Shown here piece by piece: positions 18,770 through 27,824 of a stretch of 39,522 nt of DNA; position 1 is the first letter of the stretch; every line of letters starts with the position of its first letter. Under the pieces are notes generated by a model, which was given only the letters and a program-made list of their open reading frames with translations, was not told the DNA's origin and searched no databases. Origin of the DNA: Aquirufa sp. (GTDB lineage Bacteria > Bacteroidota > Bacteroidia > Cytophagales > Spirosomataceae); assembly GCA_049418705.1 (NCBI GenBank), contig JBMSJH010000001.1, forward strand, positions 1 through 39,522, written 5' to 3'. The position numbers and the translations under genes are program-made.

Positions 18770-18820
18770 AAGGCTGTGTCAATAATTATTTGCAAAAATA
18801 AGGAATGGGACATCGTTTGC

Positions 18821-20522
18821 CTAACTTTCCTCCAATTTTTTAATTTGATCCGCTAAAAAGTTCATTAATTCTTGAATATAAGGCTTGCTGAAATTGAATT
18901 CGATTCCGGCTGTCGCATAAATCGTTTTCATCGGCTCTGTATATCCTAAGGACAAGGCCGCGATGTATTGATCGAGGGCTTTTTTCGGATTTTGGCAATA
19001 ATTACGCCAAACCGCCAGCGCCCCTAACTGCGCAATCGCATATTCAATGTAGTAGAACGGTACCTCGAACAGGTGTAACTGTTTCTGCCAAATATTCGAT
19101 CTCACCTCCGCTAAACCATCCCAATCGGTAATGGAATCCGAGAAACGAGAAACGATTTCGTTCCATTTCGCTTCCCGTTCAGCAATCGTATGAGCTGGAT
19201 TTTCGTACACCCAATGCTGGAATGCATCGATCGTCGCCACCCACGGCAAGGTCTCTAAAATATCTTCTAGGTGTTTGATTTTCGCTCTTTTTGCCTCTTC
19301 TGGATTCGAAAAATAAGTTCCCCAGCGATCCATCGTCATCAATTCCATACTCATCGAGGCAAGTTCTGCCACCTCCGATGGGAAGTTGCGGAAGGAATTC
19401 AAGGCTAAGTCTTTTGTTAAAATACTGTGTACCGCGTGGCCTCCCTCGTGCAATAAAGTCACGACATCGCGCACCGTACCGGCCGCATTCATGAAGATGA
19501 ACGGGTAGCCTGTCTCCTCCAAAGGATAGTTATAGCCGCCTGGGTTTTTGCCCTTGCGGGAATCCAAATCAAAGCGATCCAAAGTCACCATTTCCTTCAA
19601 GCAATTGCCTAAGAATGGATCCATCTCGTCGAACACTTCGATTGTTTTCTCCAGTAATTCTTCGCCTGTCTCGAAAGGTTTCAAAGGACCACGACCTAAA
19701 GGGTCTACGGCCTTGTCCCATGGCTTCAAGGCATCCAAGCCCATTTCTTGCTTGCGCTTCGCAGCGGCCTCATTTAACAAAGGAACCACCGTTTCAGCTA
19801 CCGCCTCGTGGAATTCAAAGCATTCCGCCGGACCGTAGTCGAAGCGACCTAAACTAGCGAAAGCATAGTCGCGGTAGTTCTCGAAACCGGCATTCTGAGC
19901 GACCTGATGACGCTTTTCGATGAGCGAAGAATATAAATCGTTCAGCTCGGTTTTGATGCTTAATCGTCTCCACCATCGTGCGGTAGACCGATTCACGTTC
20001 TGCGCGGTCGGTGGACTCTAAAAGGGCCCCCGCTTGTTGCAAGGTTTTCTCTTCACCATTTATTGTTACCATTAAGGCGCCGGTTAAGGCTCCATAATTG
20101 GTTTCTAAATTCTGTAATTCAGTGAACAAGGGAATATTTTCTTCGCGGAAGATTTCGATCGCCTTTTTCATGCCGCGCAACATCACCGGGAAGCCCGTTT
20201 CTTTTAATTCGGAAACGAAGGGACTTTCGATCACCTTTTTGTTCCAAGCATCGTCGAAAACAGAGGCGTTCGGCATAATCTCGTTGACAAACTGAGCGTA
20301 GCTTGTTTGTAAGGTCTCGTTTTGGTTATCGCAAGACATCTTGATGTAGCGCCACGCGAAGTTCTCCGACAGGTAGGATTCTAATTCGGAGCGGTTTTGG
20401 CAAAATAAACGTAGATCTTCAATGCTCGAAATCTGTGTCGCGCTCAATTTTTCAAAATAAGGCAACACCGATTCCCAGGTACTTAGTTGAAAATCTGCCG
20501 GCAAAAATGTTCTATTTCTCAT
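18821..20522 (-). pseudogene. pepF: M3 family oligoendopeptidase F split by a frameshift near 19967-19970 (real lesion or assembly error)
   Basis: The N-half ORF (20522-19854) and C-half ORF (19996-18821, with GKNPGGY, zinc motif HEGGH, EVAELASM, PFYYIEY) are consecutive parts of one protein in different frames. Confidence 0.85.
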
Positions 20523-20523
20523 A

Positions 20524-21570
20524 TTAATCTAAATCTATCACTACCCCAGCGCTCAATGGATGCGCCACGCATGTTAAAATATAGCCCTTTGCGATTTCGC
20601 CAGGGGTCAAGCCATCTTCCTCATCCATGCCCACGGTTCCACTTTTGCAAAGGCCCATGCAGGCGGTGCACATGCCCGCTTGACATGAATACGGGATGTC
20701 TAGGTCTGCCTCCAGAGCAGCCTCTAATATAGTTTCGCTCGGTTGAACGGTAATTTTATGCTCTTTACCCTCGTATATCAAAGTGATTTCTTGCGTCTTC
20801 AATGACCCATCTTCCTCTGCCTGCTCCATCTCTGCGCTCGCGGTCACCCCGAACGATTCCTGGTGGATCTGACCCGCCGGCACATCAAACATGGCTAAAG
20901 AAGATTGAACCTCCGTCATCATTCCTTGCGGTCCACATAAATAATAGTGTGCCGAGGCGATGTCTAGACCTAATTCTTGCTTCAAATAATAGACGATAGA
21001 CGCCTGGTTAATTCGTCCTTTCAAGCCTGGCCAATTAGCCGCAGGTTGAGAAATGACATGCAATACTTTTAGGCGATCACCGTACGAACTTTCCAAAGTG
21101 TCTAACACTTTTTTGAAGATGATTTGGTCTTCATGGCGTGAACCATAAATTAACTGAATCTTTGATTTAGGCTCGCCGTGCAAGATGGTTTTGATCATCG
21201 AAAGCAAAGGCGTGATGCCGGAACCAGCGCCCACGAATACGTAGTTTTTCGAGGCGGAAGCGTCTGCCTCCAGGGTGAAATTACCCATCGGCTCAAGCAC
21301 CTCTAGGCTATCTCCCACCTGTAGGGTGTCGCATAAAAAGTTAGACACTAATCCGCCCTCGATACGTTTTACGGTAATGGCTGGGGTCATATCCGTCTTC
21401 ATGGAAGACGATAAACTATAACTTCTGCGGACTTTTTTGCCCTCGATTTCGGGAATGACGGTTAGGAATTGACCTGATACATAATGTAAAGCATCATGAA
21501 TCGGTTGCCAAAAATGAATCGTCTTCGTGTCGATCGTCTCGACAGTGATTTCTTTAATTTTTAAATGCAT
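20524..21570 (-). CDS. PaaE-like FAD/NAD(P) oxidoreductase with C-terminal 2Fe-2S ferredoxin
   Basis: RSYSLSS, GLVSNFL, GAGSGITP, YLCGP and CQAGMCTAC...ILTC. Likely start MHLKIKE at 21570. Confidence 0.9.
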   Translation of the reverse strand: MHLKIKEITVETIDTKTIHFWQPIHDALHYVSGQFLTVIPEIEGKKVRRSYSLSSSMKTDMTPAITVKRIEGGLVSNFLCDTLQVGDSLEVLEPMGNFTLEADASASKNYVFVGAGSGITPLLSMIKTILHGEPKSKIQLIYGSRHEDQIIFKKVLDTLESSYGDRLKVLHVISQPAANWPGLKGRINQASIVYYLKQELGLDIASAHYYLCGPQGMMTEVQSSLAMFDVPAGQIHQESFGVTASAEMEQAEEDGSLKTQEITLIYEGKEHKITVQPSETILEAALEADLDIPYSCQAGMCTACMGLCKSGTVGMDEEDGLTPGEIAKGYILTCVAHPLSAGVVIDLD

Positions 21571-21571
21571 A

Positions 21572-23065
21572 TTAATCGCTGCTAACGGGTTTAACCCACT
21601 GGACTGCACTTGGTCGACTCTCATTATGAAGTCGATCGAAGGCGGTCACCGTAAAGCCATAACCCGGTTTTAGGTCATCTTGTTCTAAAATTAACTCAGT
21701 TGCTTTCCCTTTGTACACGATATTGCTCGGGTCCTCTAGGTGTTTTTTGTCTTGTTTTGGGATACGATAAACCACATAATAGGCCACCGGATCCCCATCG
21801 TCTGATTCTTCTCCAGCCTGCCATTTCAATTTTTTATTCGCTAAAAAGACCTGCGCAGGGGCATGAGGTGCAATACTGTCTAGCCAAGGGGAGGTAGGTA
21901 ATATGGCAGGGTTTGCAAAATAATTCTTGCGAAGCGTGTCCCTAAATGCCTTCGTATTTTTAGTCAGTGAAGTCGAGCTATAGAAGATCAAGCCCTGCCC
22001 ATTAGGCATACTACGGCTAATCTCGACCTGCTTTTTCATCTCCTTATTTGTCCAAACATCCCCTAAATGATAGGAAGCCATCCCGAAATACACCGGTTTC
22101 CCATAGGAATGCGCATTCCACCAGTCCGCCAATGGTTTAAACGGAGCTACTCGATGAGCGGTGTCCCAATACAATTGGGGTGCGATGTAATCTAACCAAC
22201 CTTGTTTCAGCCAATGATCCGTATCCGCATACAAATCGTCATAGGATTGCAATCCCTTCACAGTGGGCATGCCGTTCACCGGATCCGATGTTTTATGGCG
22301 CCAAATCCCAAAAGGGCTAATCCCAAACTTAATTTTCGGATTCGTCTTTCGGATGGTTTCCGAAATCTCCTGAATTAAAGCACTCGTATTTCGCCGACGC
22401 CAATCAGCCTTGGACTCGCCTGAATGTCGGTATTTTAGGTAAGTGTCCTCGTCTTTTAAGGTAGATTTAGGGTCAGGATAGGGATAAAAATAATCATCAA
22501 AATGGATGCCATCTACGTCGTAATTCACAATAATATTGCGAACCAGTCCAGCGATATAATGGCGCACTGCCGGTATTCCAAAATCAAATAATAACTGTCC
22601 ATTATAGGTTAAAAGCCACTCCGGGTGCTTTCTAGCCACATGTTCTGAACTTAAAAGCGATCGGGAAGACATCGAAGCGCGGTTCAAATTCAACCAAGCA
22701 TGAAATTCCATTCCTCTGGCATGGGTCTGGTCGATCATGAATTCCAAAGGATCATAATAGGGACTAGGAGCTTGGCCCTGTTTTCCAGAAAGGTAGGTCG
22801 TCCAGGGTTCTGCACTTTTCGCATAAAGAGCGTCAGATGCGGTTCTGATTTGGACAAAAAGGGCATTGATTCCCGTTTTTTGGTGGGAATTCAACAAGTC
22901 TATAAATTCGGATTTTTGCTTCGCTCCGTCGTAATTGTGTGGGCTTGGCCAGTCGATGTTTTGAACGGTGGCTACCCAAACTCCCCTCAACTCACGTTTA
23001 GGACCATCAGCAAATAAGCTAAGGGATAAAAGACAAAAAAGGAGGATGGTAATTAGGCGCATCAT
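21572..23065 (-). CDS. GHL10/DUF187 glycosyl hydrolase-like protein (YddW/DigH family)
   Basis: Signal peptide, ELRGVWVATVQNIDWP, EFHAWLN, YDVDGIHFDDYFYPY, FGISPFGIW, DYIAPQLYW, and an FN3-like tail (VTAFDRLHNES). Confidence 0.88.
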   Translation of the reverse strand: MMRLITILLFCLLSLSLFADGPKRELRGVWVATVQNIDWPSPHNYDGAKQKSEFIDLLNSHQKTGINALFVQIRTASDALYAKSAEPWTTYLSGKQGQAPSPYYDPLEFMIDQTHARGMEFHAWLNLNRASMSSRSLLSSEHVARKHPEWLLTYNGQLLFDFGIPAVRHYIAGLVRNIIVNYDVDGIHFDDYFYPYPDPKSTLKDEDTYLKYRHSGESKADWRRRNTSALIQEISETIRKTNPKIKFGISPFGIWRHKTSDPVNGMPTVKGLQSYDDLYADTDHWLKQGWLDYIAPQLYWDTAHRVAPFKPLADWWNAHSYGKPVYFGMASYHLGDVWTNKEMKKQVEISRSMPNGQGLIFYSSTSLTKNTKAFRDTLRKNYFANPAILPTSPWLDSIAPHAPAQVFLANKKLKWQAGEESDDGDPVAYYVVYRIPKQDKKHLEDPSNIVYKGKATELILEQDDLKPGYGFTVTAFDRLHNESRPSAVQWVKPVSSD

Positions 23066-23095
23066 TCGAGATGCAATTTACCTAAAAATGGGCAA

Positions 23096-23797
23096 TTAGG
23101 CCTTCTCGATTGAAAATAAATAGCCTATACCTTTCAATGTTTTGATGTAGTATTCTGGGATTTTCTCGCGCAATTTACGAATGTGTACATCCACCGTCCG
23201 TTCTACCACAAACACATCAGACCCCCAAACCTTCTCCAATAACTCATCGCGATTGAAAACCTTATTCGGGTTTTTTGCTAAGAAAGAAAGTAATTCAAAT
23301 TCTTTTTTAGGTAAAATCAGCGCACGCCCTTGAAAAGTAGCCGCGTATTGTACCCGGTCAATCACTAGATCACCGATAGAGATGACATCATTTTTCGTTT
23401 CAGTGGTGGCCGTTTCGCGCGCTAATAGCGCATTAATGCGGCTGATAAGGGCCCGTAATTTGATCGGCTTCACCACGTAGTCTGTTGCTCCACTTTCAAA
23501 TGCGGCGATCTCCGTATATTCTTCTCCACGTGCCGTTAGGAACAGGATTAGGGTGTTTTTGAACTCAGGATTTGACTTGATTTGGCGAGCGGCTTCGATA
23601 CCATCCATTTCTGGCATCATGACGTCCATGATAATTAAATGGGGTTGAAACGATTTTGCTTCTACAATTGCCTCTTTTCCATTCGTCGCTTTTGCTAAAA
23701 GAAAGTTTTCTTTTAGTAAATTGTATTCCAATAACTCCAAAATGTCTGCATCATCATCTACGAGTAGAATTTTGTATGCGGGTGAAGCTGTTGCCAT
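23096..23797 (-). CDS. OmpR/PhoB family response regulator (PhoP/PhoB-like)
   Basis: ILLVDDD, MDVMMPEMDG, FLTARGEE, DYVVKP, winged helix RTVDVHIRKLREKI. Confidence 0.92.
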   Translation of the reverse strand: MATASPAYKILLVDDDADILELLEYNLLKENFLLAKATNGKEAIVEAKSFQPHLIIMDVMMPEMDGIEAARQIKSNPEFKNTLILFLTARGEEYTEIAAFESGATDYVVKPIKLRALISRINALLARETATTETKNDVISIGDLVIDRVQYAATFQGRALILPKKEFELLSFLAKNPNKVFNRDELLEKVWGSDVFVVERTVDVHIRKLREKIPEYYIKTLKGIGYLFSIEKA

Positions 23798-23818
23798 AGT
23801 TTTGAACGGATTACGACA

Positions 23819-23852
23819 CAAATATAGAAAGTTGTATGTTATGGAATTGTTA
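23819..23852 (-). promoter_or_regulatory. Promoter with Pho-box-like direct repeat upstream of the response regulator
   Basis: -7 box TATATTTG (23819-23826, -) and TAACA repeated at 11-bp period (23837-23841, 23848-23852). Confidence 0.55.
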
Positions 23853-23863
23853 ATTTATTAGAT

Positions 23864-24934
23864 ATGTCAAACAACACTTCTTATTCAACCAGATTATCAG
23901 GAAGCCTCATTTCGCTGGCCTTGCTTATCGCTGCGGCCTACCTTTTGCAGGACCTGTTAATCCTGCTTTCTTTTGCTCTGGTATTAGCCCTTTTATTATT
24001 GCCAGCTAGTAAGTGGATGGAGTCCAAAGGCTTACCCCGAGCACTCGCCATCTTCGTCGCGATCGTCCTCACCTTTGCGCTGATTTCCTCTTTACTTTTT
24101 GTGGCTGGTTTACAAATTATGGAATTTTCCTCTGAACTGCCGCTTTTTGCCAAAAAAACCGAAAAGTGGGTATCAAGTCTGCAATCCTTCATCTCTTCAA
24201 ATTTCAATATCTCCCGCCGCAAACAGATGCTGGAGCTTAGTAATGAATTGATGGCGCTCCTAAAAAACTCAGGAGTGATTATAAGTACGACCTTTTCGAC
24301 CGCATTACATGTCATTACGGCTTTGATTTTAGTGCCCGTATTTACCTTCTTCTTCTTATTCTACCGCGATTTTTTCGAGCAATTTTTGCAGAAAGTATTT
24401 CCAAAAACAGAAGGCCAAGTGCTGACGAAAGTGATGGAGAAAACGGGTTCTGTGGTGCAAGGGTATTTAGTAGGTTTGCTGGTAGTGATGTTGATTGTGG
24501 GCGTGTTGAATTCCATTGGATTTTGGTGGATCGGGGTAGAGTATCCGGTCTTTTTCGGATTCTTAACGGGAGTGCTTTTGTTGATTCCTTATATCGGAAT
24601 TTGGATGGGAGCGTTGTTGCCTATTTTATTAAGCCTAATTACTTTGAGTCCGTCTCATGCTTTAGCAGTCGTAGCTTGGGTGGCAGCGGCACAATTTATT
24701 GAGGCGAATTTTATTACCCCTTTAGTGGTAGGGTCGAAAGTGAGTATGAACCCGATGGTGGCGATGCTGGCCTTGCTTTGTGGCGAACTGCTTTGGGGAA
24801 TTCCAGGATTGATTTTAGCGCTGCCTTTAACGGCTGTGATGAAAGTAATATTCGATTCCATCCCGAGTCTGGAACCTTATGGTTTCTTGCTAGGGGAGGC
24901 TCCTGAACGTACTAAAGAGACAAAAGTTCCTTAA
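23864..24934 (+). CDS. AI-2E (PerM) family transporter
   Basis: Hydrophobic 356 aa with IPYIG, QFIEANFITPLVVG and LWGIPGLILALP motifs. Confidence 0.9.
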   Translation: MSNNTSYSTRLSGSLISLALLIAAAYLLQDLLILLSFALVLALLLLPASKWMESKGLPRALAIFVAIVLTFALISSLLFVAGLQIMEFSSELPLFAKKTEKWVSSLQSFISSNFNISRRKQMLELSNELMALLKNSGVIISTTFSTALHVITALILVPVFTFFFLFYRDFFEQFLQKVFPKTEGQVLTKVMEKTGSVVQGYLVGLLVVMLIVGVLNSIGFWWIGVEYPVFFGFLTGVLLLIPYIGIWMGALLPILLSLITLSPSHALAVVAWVAAAQFIEANFITPLVVGSKVSMNPMVAMLALLCGELLWGIPGLILALPLTAVMKVIFDSIPSLEPYGFLLGEAPERTKETKVP

Positions 24935-25649
24935 ATCGGATGGATTGACGGCGGGAAATTTCGATTTTCTCTGCTTTTTCACCTTTTAAAGTCACCTGCA
25001 ATCCACCGGAGAACCAAGGTTCAATCTTATCGATGAAGTTCAGATTCACGATGTGTTTGCGATTGCAGCGGAAGAATAATTTAGGGTCTAAACGCTCCTC
25101 TAAGGAATTGAGGGATTTTAGGACGAGGGGTTTTTGGTCGTCAAAAAACAAGCGAACATAATTCCCCATCGATTCACACAATCGAACCCGATCTAATCGC
25201 ACAAACCAACATTTTTCACCGTCCTTCACGAAAATTTGATCGTTTCCACCTAACACATGGCTGGCTGAAGTGGTTTTTTCAGAAGAGACAGTACGCTTGA
25301 ATCGCGATTCTAATTTCTGAATACTCTCGCTTAAGCGCGCTAATTCGATTGGTTTTAGCACATAGTCGAGGGCATTAACTTCAAAGGCCTTCAGCGCATA
25401 TTCATCAAAAGCCGTTGTGAAAATTATCTCTGGAAGAAATCCATCCCATTCCTCTAGCCATTCGAAACCTGTTTTACCTGGCATTTGAATATCTAAAAAG
25501 GCCACATCTGGTTGTAATTCTTCGATCAGCTGGCTAGCCTCGTCCGTATTCGATGCCTCTCCTATCACTTCGATTGAAGGGAAGTTTTCTAATAAACGCT
25601 TCAGTTCATTTCGGGCAAGGCGTTCGTCGTCTACGATGATGGCTCTCAT
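24912..25649 (-). CDS. LytTR family response regulator
   Basis: IVDDERLAR, FLDIQMP, FTTAFDEYALKAFEVNALDY, FFRCNRKHIVN and ISRR. Confidence 0.93.
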   Translation of the reverse strand: MRAIIVDDERLARNELKRLLENFPSIEVIGEASNTDEASQLIEELQPDVAFLDIQMPGKTGFEWLEEWDGFLPEIIFTTAFDEYALKAFEVNALDYVLKPIELARLSESIQKLESRFKRTVSSEKTTSASHVLGGNDQIFVKDGEKCWFVRLDRVRLCESMGNYVRLFFDDQKPLVLKSLNSLEERLDPKLFFRCNRKHIVNLNFIDKIEPWFSGGLQVTLKGEKAEKIEISRRQSIRFKELLSL

Positions 25650-25654
25650 GGGAT

Positions 25655-26701
25655 TCAGGCTAGTGTTTCGGAAATATACGGAATCGTAACGGAAGCGAGG
25701 ACGTGATTTTTGTCCAAAGGCTTTAAGTCAATATGAGCGGTCTTTCCAAACAAAAGATGGAGTCGATTTTGTGAATTGATTAAGCCAATACCACTAGATT
25801 CTCCCCCCTGTTTTAAATGTCCTGGATTAATGACTTCTAAATGAATCAAATCTTCTTTCTTTTCCCCTTTAAAGAAAATGATTCCTTCTTTTGCGGAATG
25901 CGCAATCCCGTGTTTAATGGCATTTTCCACTAAAGTTTGCAATAACATAGGTGGAATCTGTGCTTGGTGTATTTCCTTTGAAACTTCTACTTTCCAGGCT
26001 AGGCGCTCTTCGTAGCGGATCTTTTCGAGATTTAGGTAATCCAAAATGGTGTCTAATTCTTCTGCGATGGAGATGGTCTTTTTGCGTTCGGTTAAAAGCG
26101 AGCTTCGAAGCAGCTTGGAGAGTTGGTTGATCCCTTTTTTGGCCTTCGCAGGGTCTTCCGTAATTAACGCGCGAATACTGTTTAAGGCATTAAAGACGAA
26201 ATGTGGGTTCATCTGCGCGCGCAAAACCTTACCCTCCGTCTCCTGAATGGCTCGTTCTAGCTGATTATTCTCGCGTTCCATCACGAGTTGTTTTTTCGAA
26301 TACTGGAAGAAGAAATAGATCAACATCCAAATCGCCAGCGGCTTCATGAAATTAAATAGGTACTGGGTGATGATAAAGGGGCTAATTTGGACCTCAAAAT
26401 TCTCACCCAACAAATATTGATCGATGGGTAAATTAAGCCCCACGAGACAGGCAGCCATCAAACAAAGGATGATAAAATGATTTCTCAACATCGTGAAAAG
26501 GGGCAAATCTTGCCAAGAATTCACTTTGATGATGTTTTTATATTGATGCGTCAGGAAAATCGCGAGAGAAATATTCGCCAAGGCAGCATAAAGCCAAGCC
26601 CAATGCCAGCCGTATTGATTCGTGTATAAAACCGCCTCGTTTAACATCCAGGCGAACCAGCCGCCTAATTGCAAAATCCAATACATGCGTTTTCTAAGCA
26701 T
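25655..26701 (-). CDS. LytS/YehU-type membrane sensor histidine kinase
   Basis: About 4 TM segments, LRAQMNPHFVFNALNSI, PPMLLQTLVENAIKHG and GIGLIN. Confidence 0.92.
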   Translation of the reverse strand: MLRKRMYWILQLGGWFAWMLNEAVLYTNQYGWHWAWLYAALANISLAIFLTHQYKNIIKVNSWQDLPLFTMLRNHFIILCLMAACLVGLNLPIDQYLLGENFEVQISPFIITQYLFNFMKPLAIWMLIYFFFQYSKKQLVMERENNQLERAIQETEGKVLRAQMNPHFVFNALNSIRALITEDPAKAKKGINQLSKLLRSSLLTERKKTISIAEELDTILDYLNLEKIRYEERLAWKVEVSKEIHQAQIPPMLLQTLVENAIKHGIAHSAKEGIIFFKGEKKEDLIHLEVINPGHLKQGGESSGIGLINSQNRLHLLFGKTAHIDLKPLDKNHVLASVTIPYISETLA

Positions 26702-26702
26702 A

Positions 26703-27356
26703 TTACATGGACTCGGGCAAGTCGGCTAAATGGATGACACAATTACCTTTTACGAGGCGAAATTCTTTGGCGCTATAATCGTATTGGAGGTGGTATAGGC
26801 ACAAGTTTTGATGTGCATACTTATCCATATGATGCAAAGGTGCGTTGAATAAATGCGTAAGCAAAACGCGCATGGCACGACCGTGCATAGCGATTAAGAT
26901 GGCGCTTTCTTCTGGTCGGGAAAGAATGAGTTCGACGACGGGTTTTTGGCGTTCCAAAACCTCCACCGGACTTTCTCCCTGATCAGACTGCACATGGATG
27001 TGGCCCTCGCGCCAAGTTCTCGTTAAATTCTTGTAATATAAATCGTCCTCCGTATTAGGAGACTTTCCTTCCTTACTCCCCCAAGAAATTTCGTTCAATC
27101 CGGTGTGTTGCTCCCAAGGCAAACCTTTTTCAATGAAGCCCTTCACCGATTGATGCGTTCTTTTTAAGGCGGAAGTATAGATTTTATCAATTGGGAGATG
27201 GTGGTAATGTTGGAAGAAGGCTTCCGCTTGTCTTTGGCCTAATTCATTCAAATCCGCATCAATCCCACTTCCTTGCACGACCCCCTTGCGATTGTATTCC
27301 GTTTCGCCGTGGCGAATCAGGTAAATATCTTTCACTAAATCAGGTTGAGCATGCAT
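26703..27356 (-). CDS. Histidine phosphatase (phosphoglycerate mutase-like) family protein
   Basis: LIRHGETEYN, SALKR, LNEISWG, GES and AMHG motifs. Confidence 0.9.
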   Translation of the reverse strand: MHAQPDLVKDIYLIRHGETEYNRKGVVQGSGIDADLNELGQRQAEAFFQHYHHLPIDKIYTSALKRTHQSVKGFIEKGLPWEQHTGLNEISWGSKEGKSPNTEDDLYYKNLTRTWREGHIHVQSDQGESPVEVLERQKPVVELILSRPEESAILIAMHGRAMRVLLTHLFNAPLHHMDKYAHQNLCLYHLQYDYSAKEFRLVKGNCVIHLADLPESM

Positions 27357-27401
27357 ATTAATCGTATTTTATTCCGAATTTTAGCCAAAATTACGAAATA
27401 T

Positions 27402-27824
27402 ATGTTTAATACTTCCATCTCGTTGGAGACGTTGAATTCGATGTCAAAGAATACCATGATCGACCACTTGGGTATTGAATTTACCGAAATTCAGTCCGGT
27501 TATTTAAAGGCAAAAATGCCGGTCGATCATCGAACAATTCAGCCCATGGGATTGTTACATGGGGGAGCGTCTGTTGTTTTAGCTGAGACTATGGGAAGTG
27601 TCGCGGTGGTGTTAGCCGTGAAGGACCCTACAAAGGAAACGGGTGTGGGAGTGGAGATCAATGCGAATCATTTAAAATCTGCGCGCAGCGGATTTGTGAT
27701 CGGAACCTGTGTTCCTTTGCGCATCGGTCGCACGATACATGTGTATGAAATTAAAATTCACGACGAAGAAGAAAATTTGATTTGCGCTAGCCGTTTGACG
27801 GTAGCGATTATTCCAATAAAATAA
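27402..27824 (+). CDS. menI: Hotdog thioesterase, probable DHNA-CoA hydrolase
   Basis: QPMGLLHGGASVVLAETMGS and GVEINANHL. Coupled to isochorismate synthase. Likely start MFNTS. Confidence 0.78.
   Translation: MFNTSISLETLNSMSKNTMIDHLGIEFTEIQSGYLKAKMPVDHRTIQPMGLLHGGASVVLAETMGSVAVVLAVKDPTKETGVGVEINANHLKSARSGFVIGTCVPLRIGRTIHVYEIKIHDEEENLICASRLTVAIIPIK

Noticed and set aside
19960-19980. Programmed ribosomal frameshift or phase variation in pepF
   Set aside because: No slippery heptamer or long repeat; a simple 2-nt deletion explains it.
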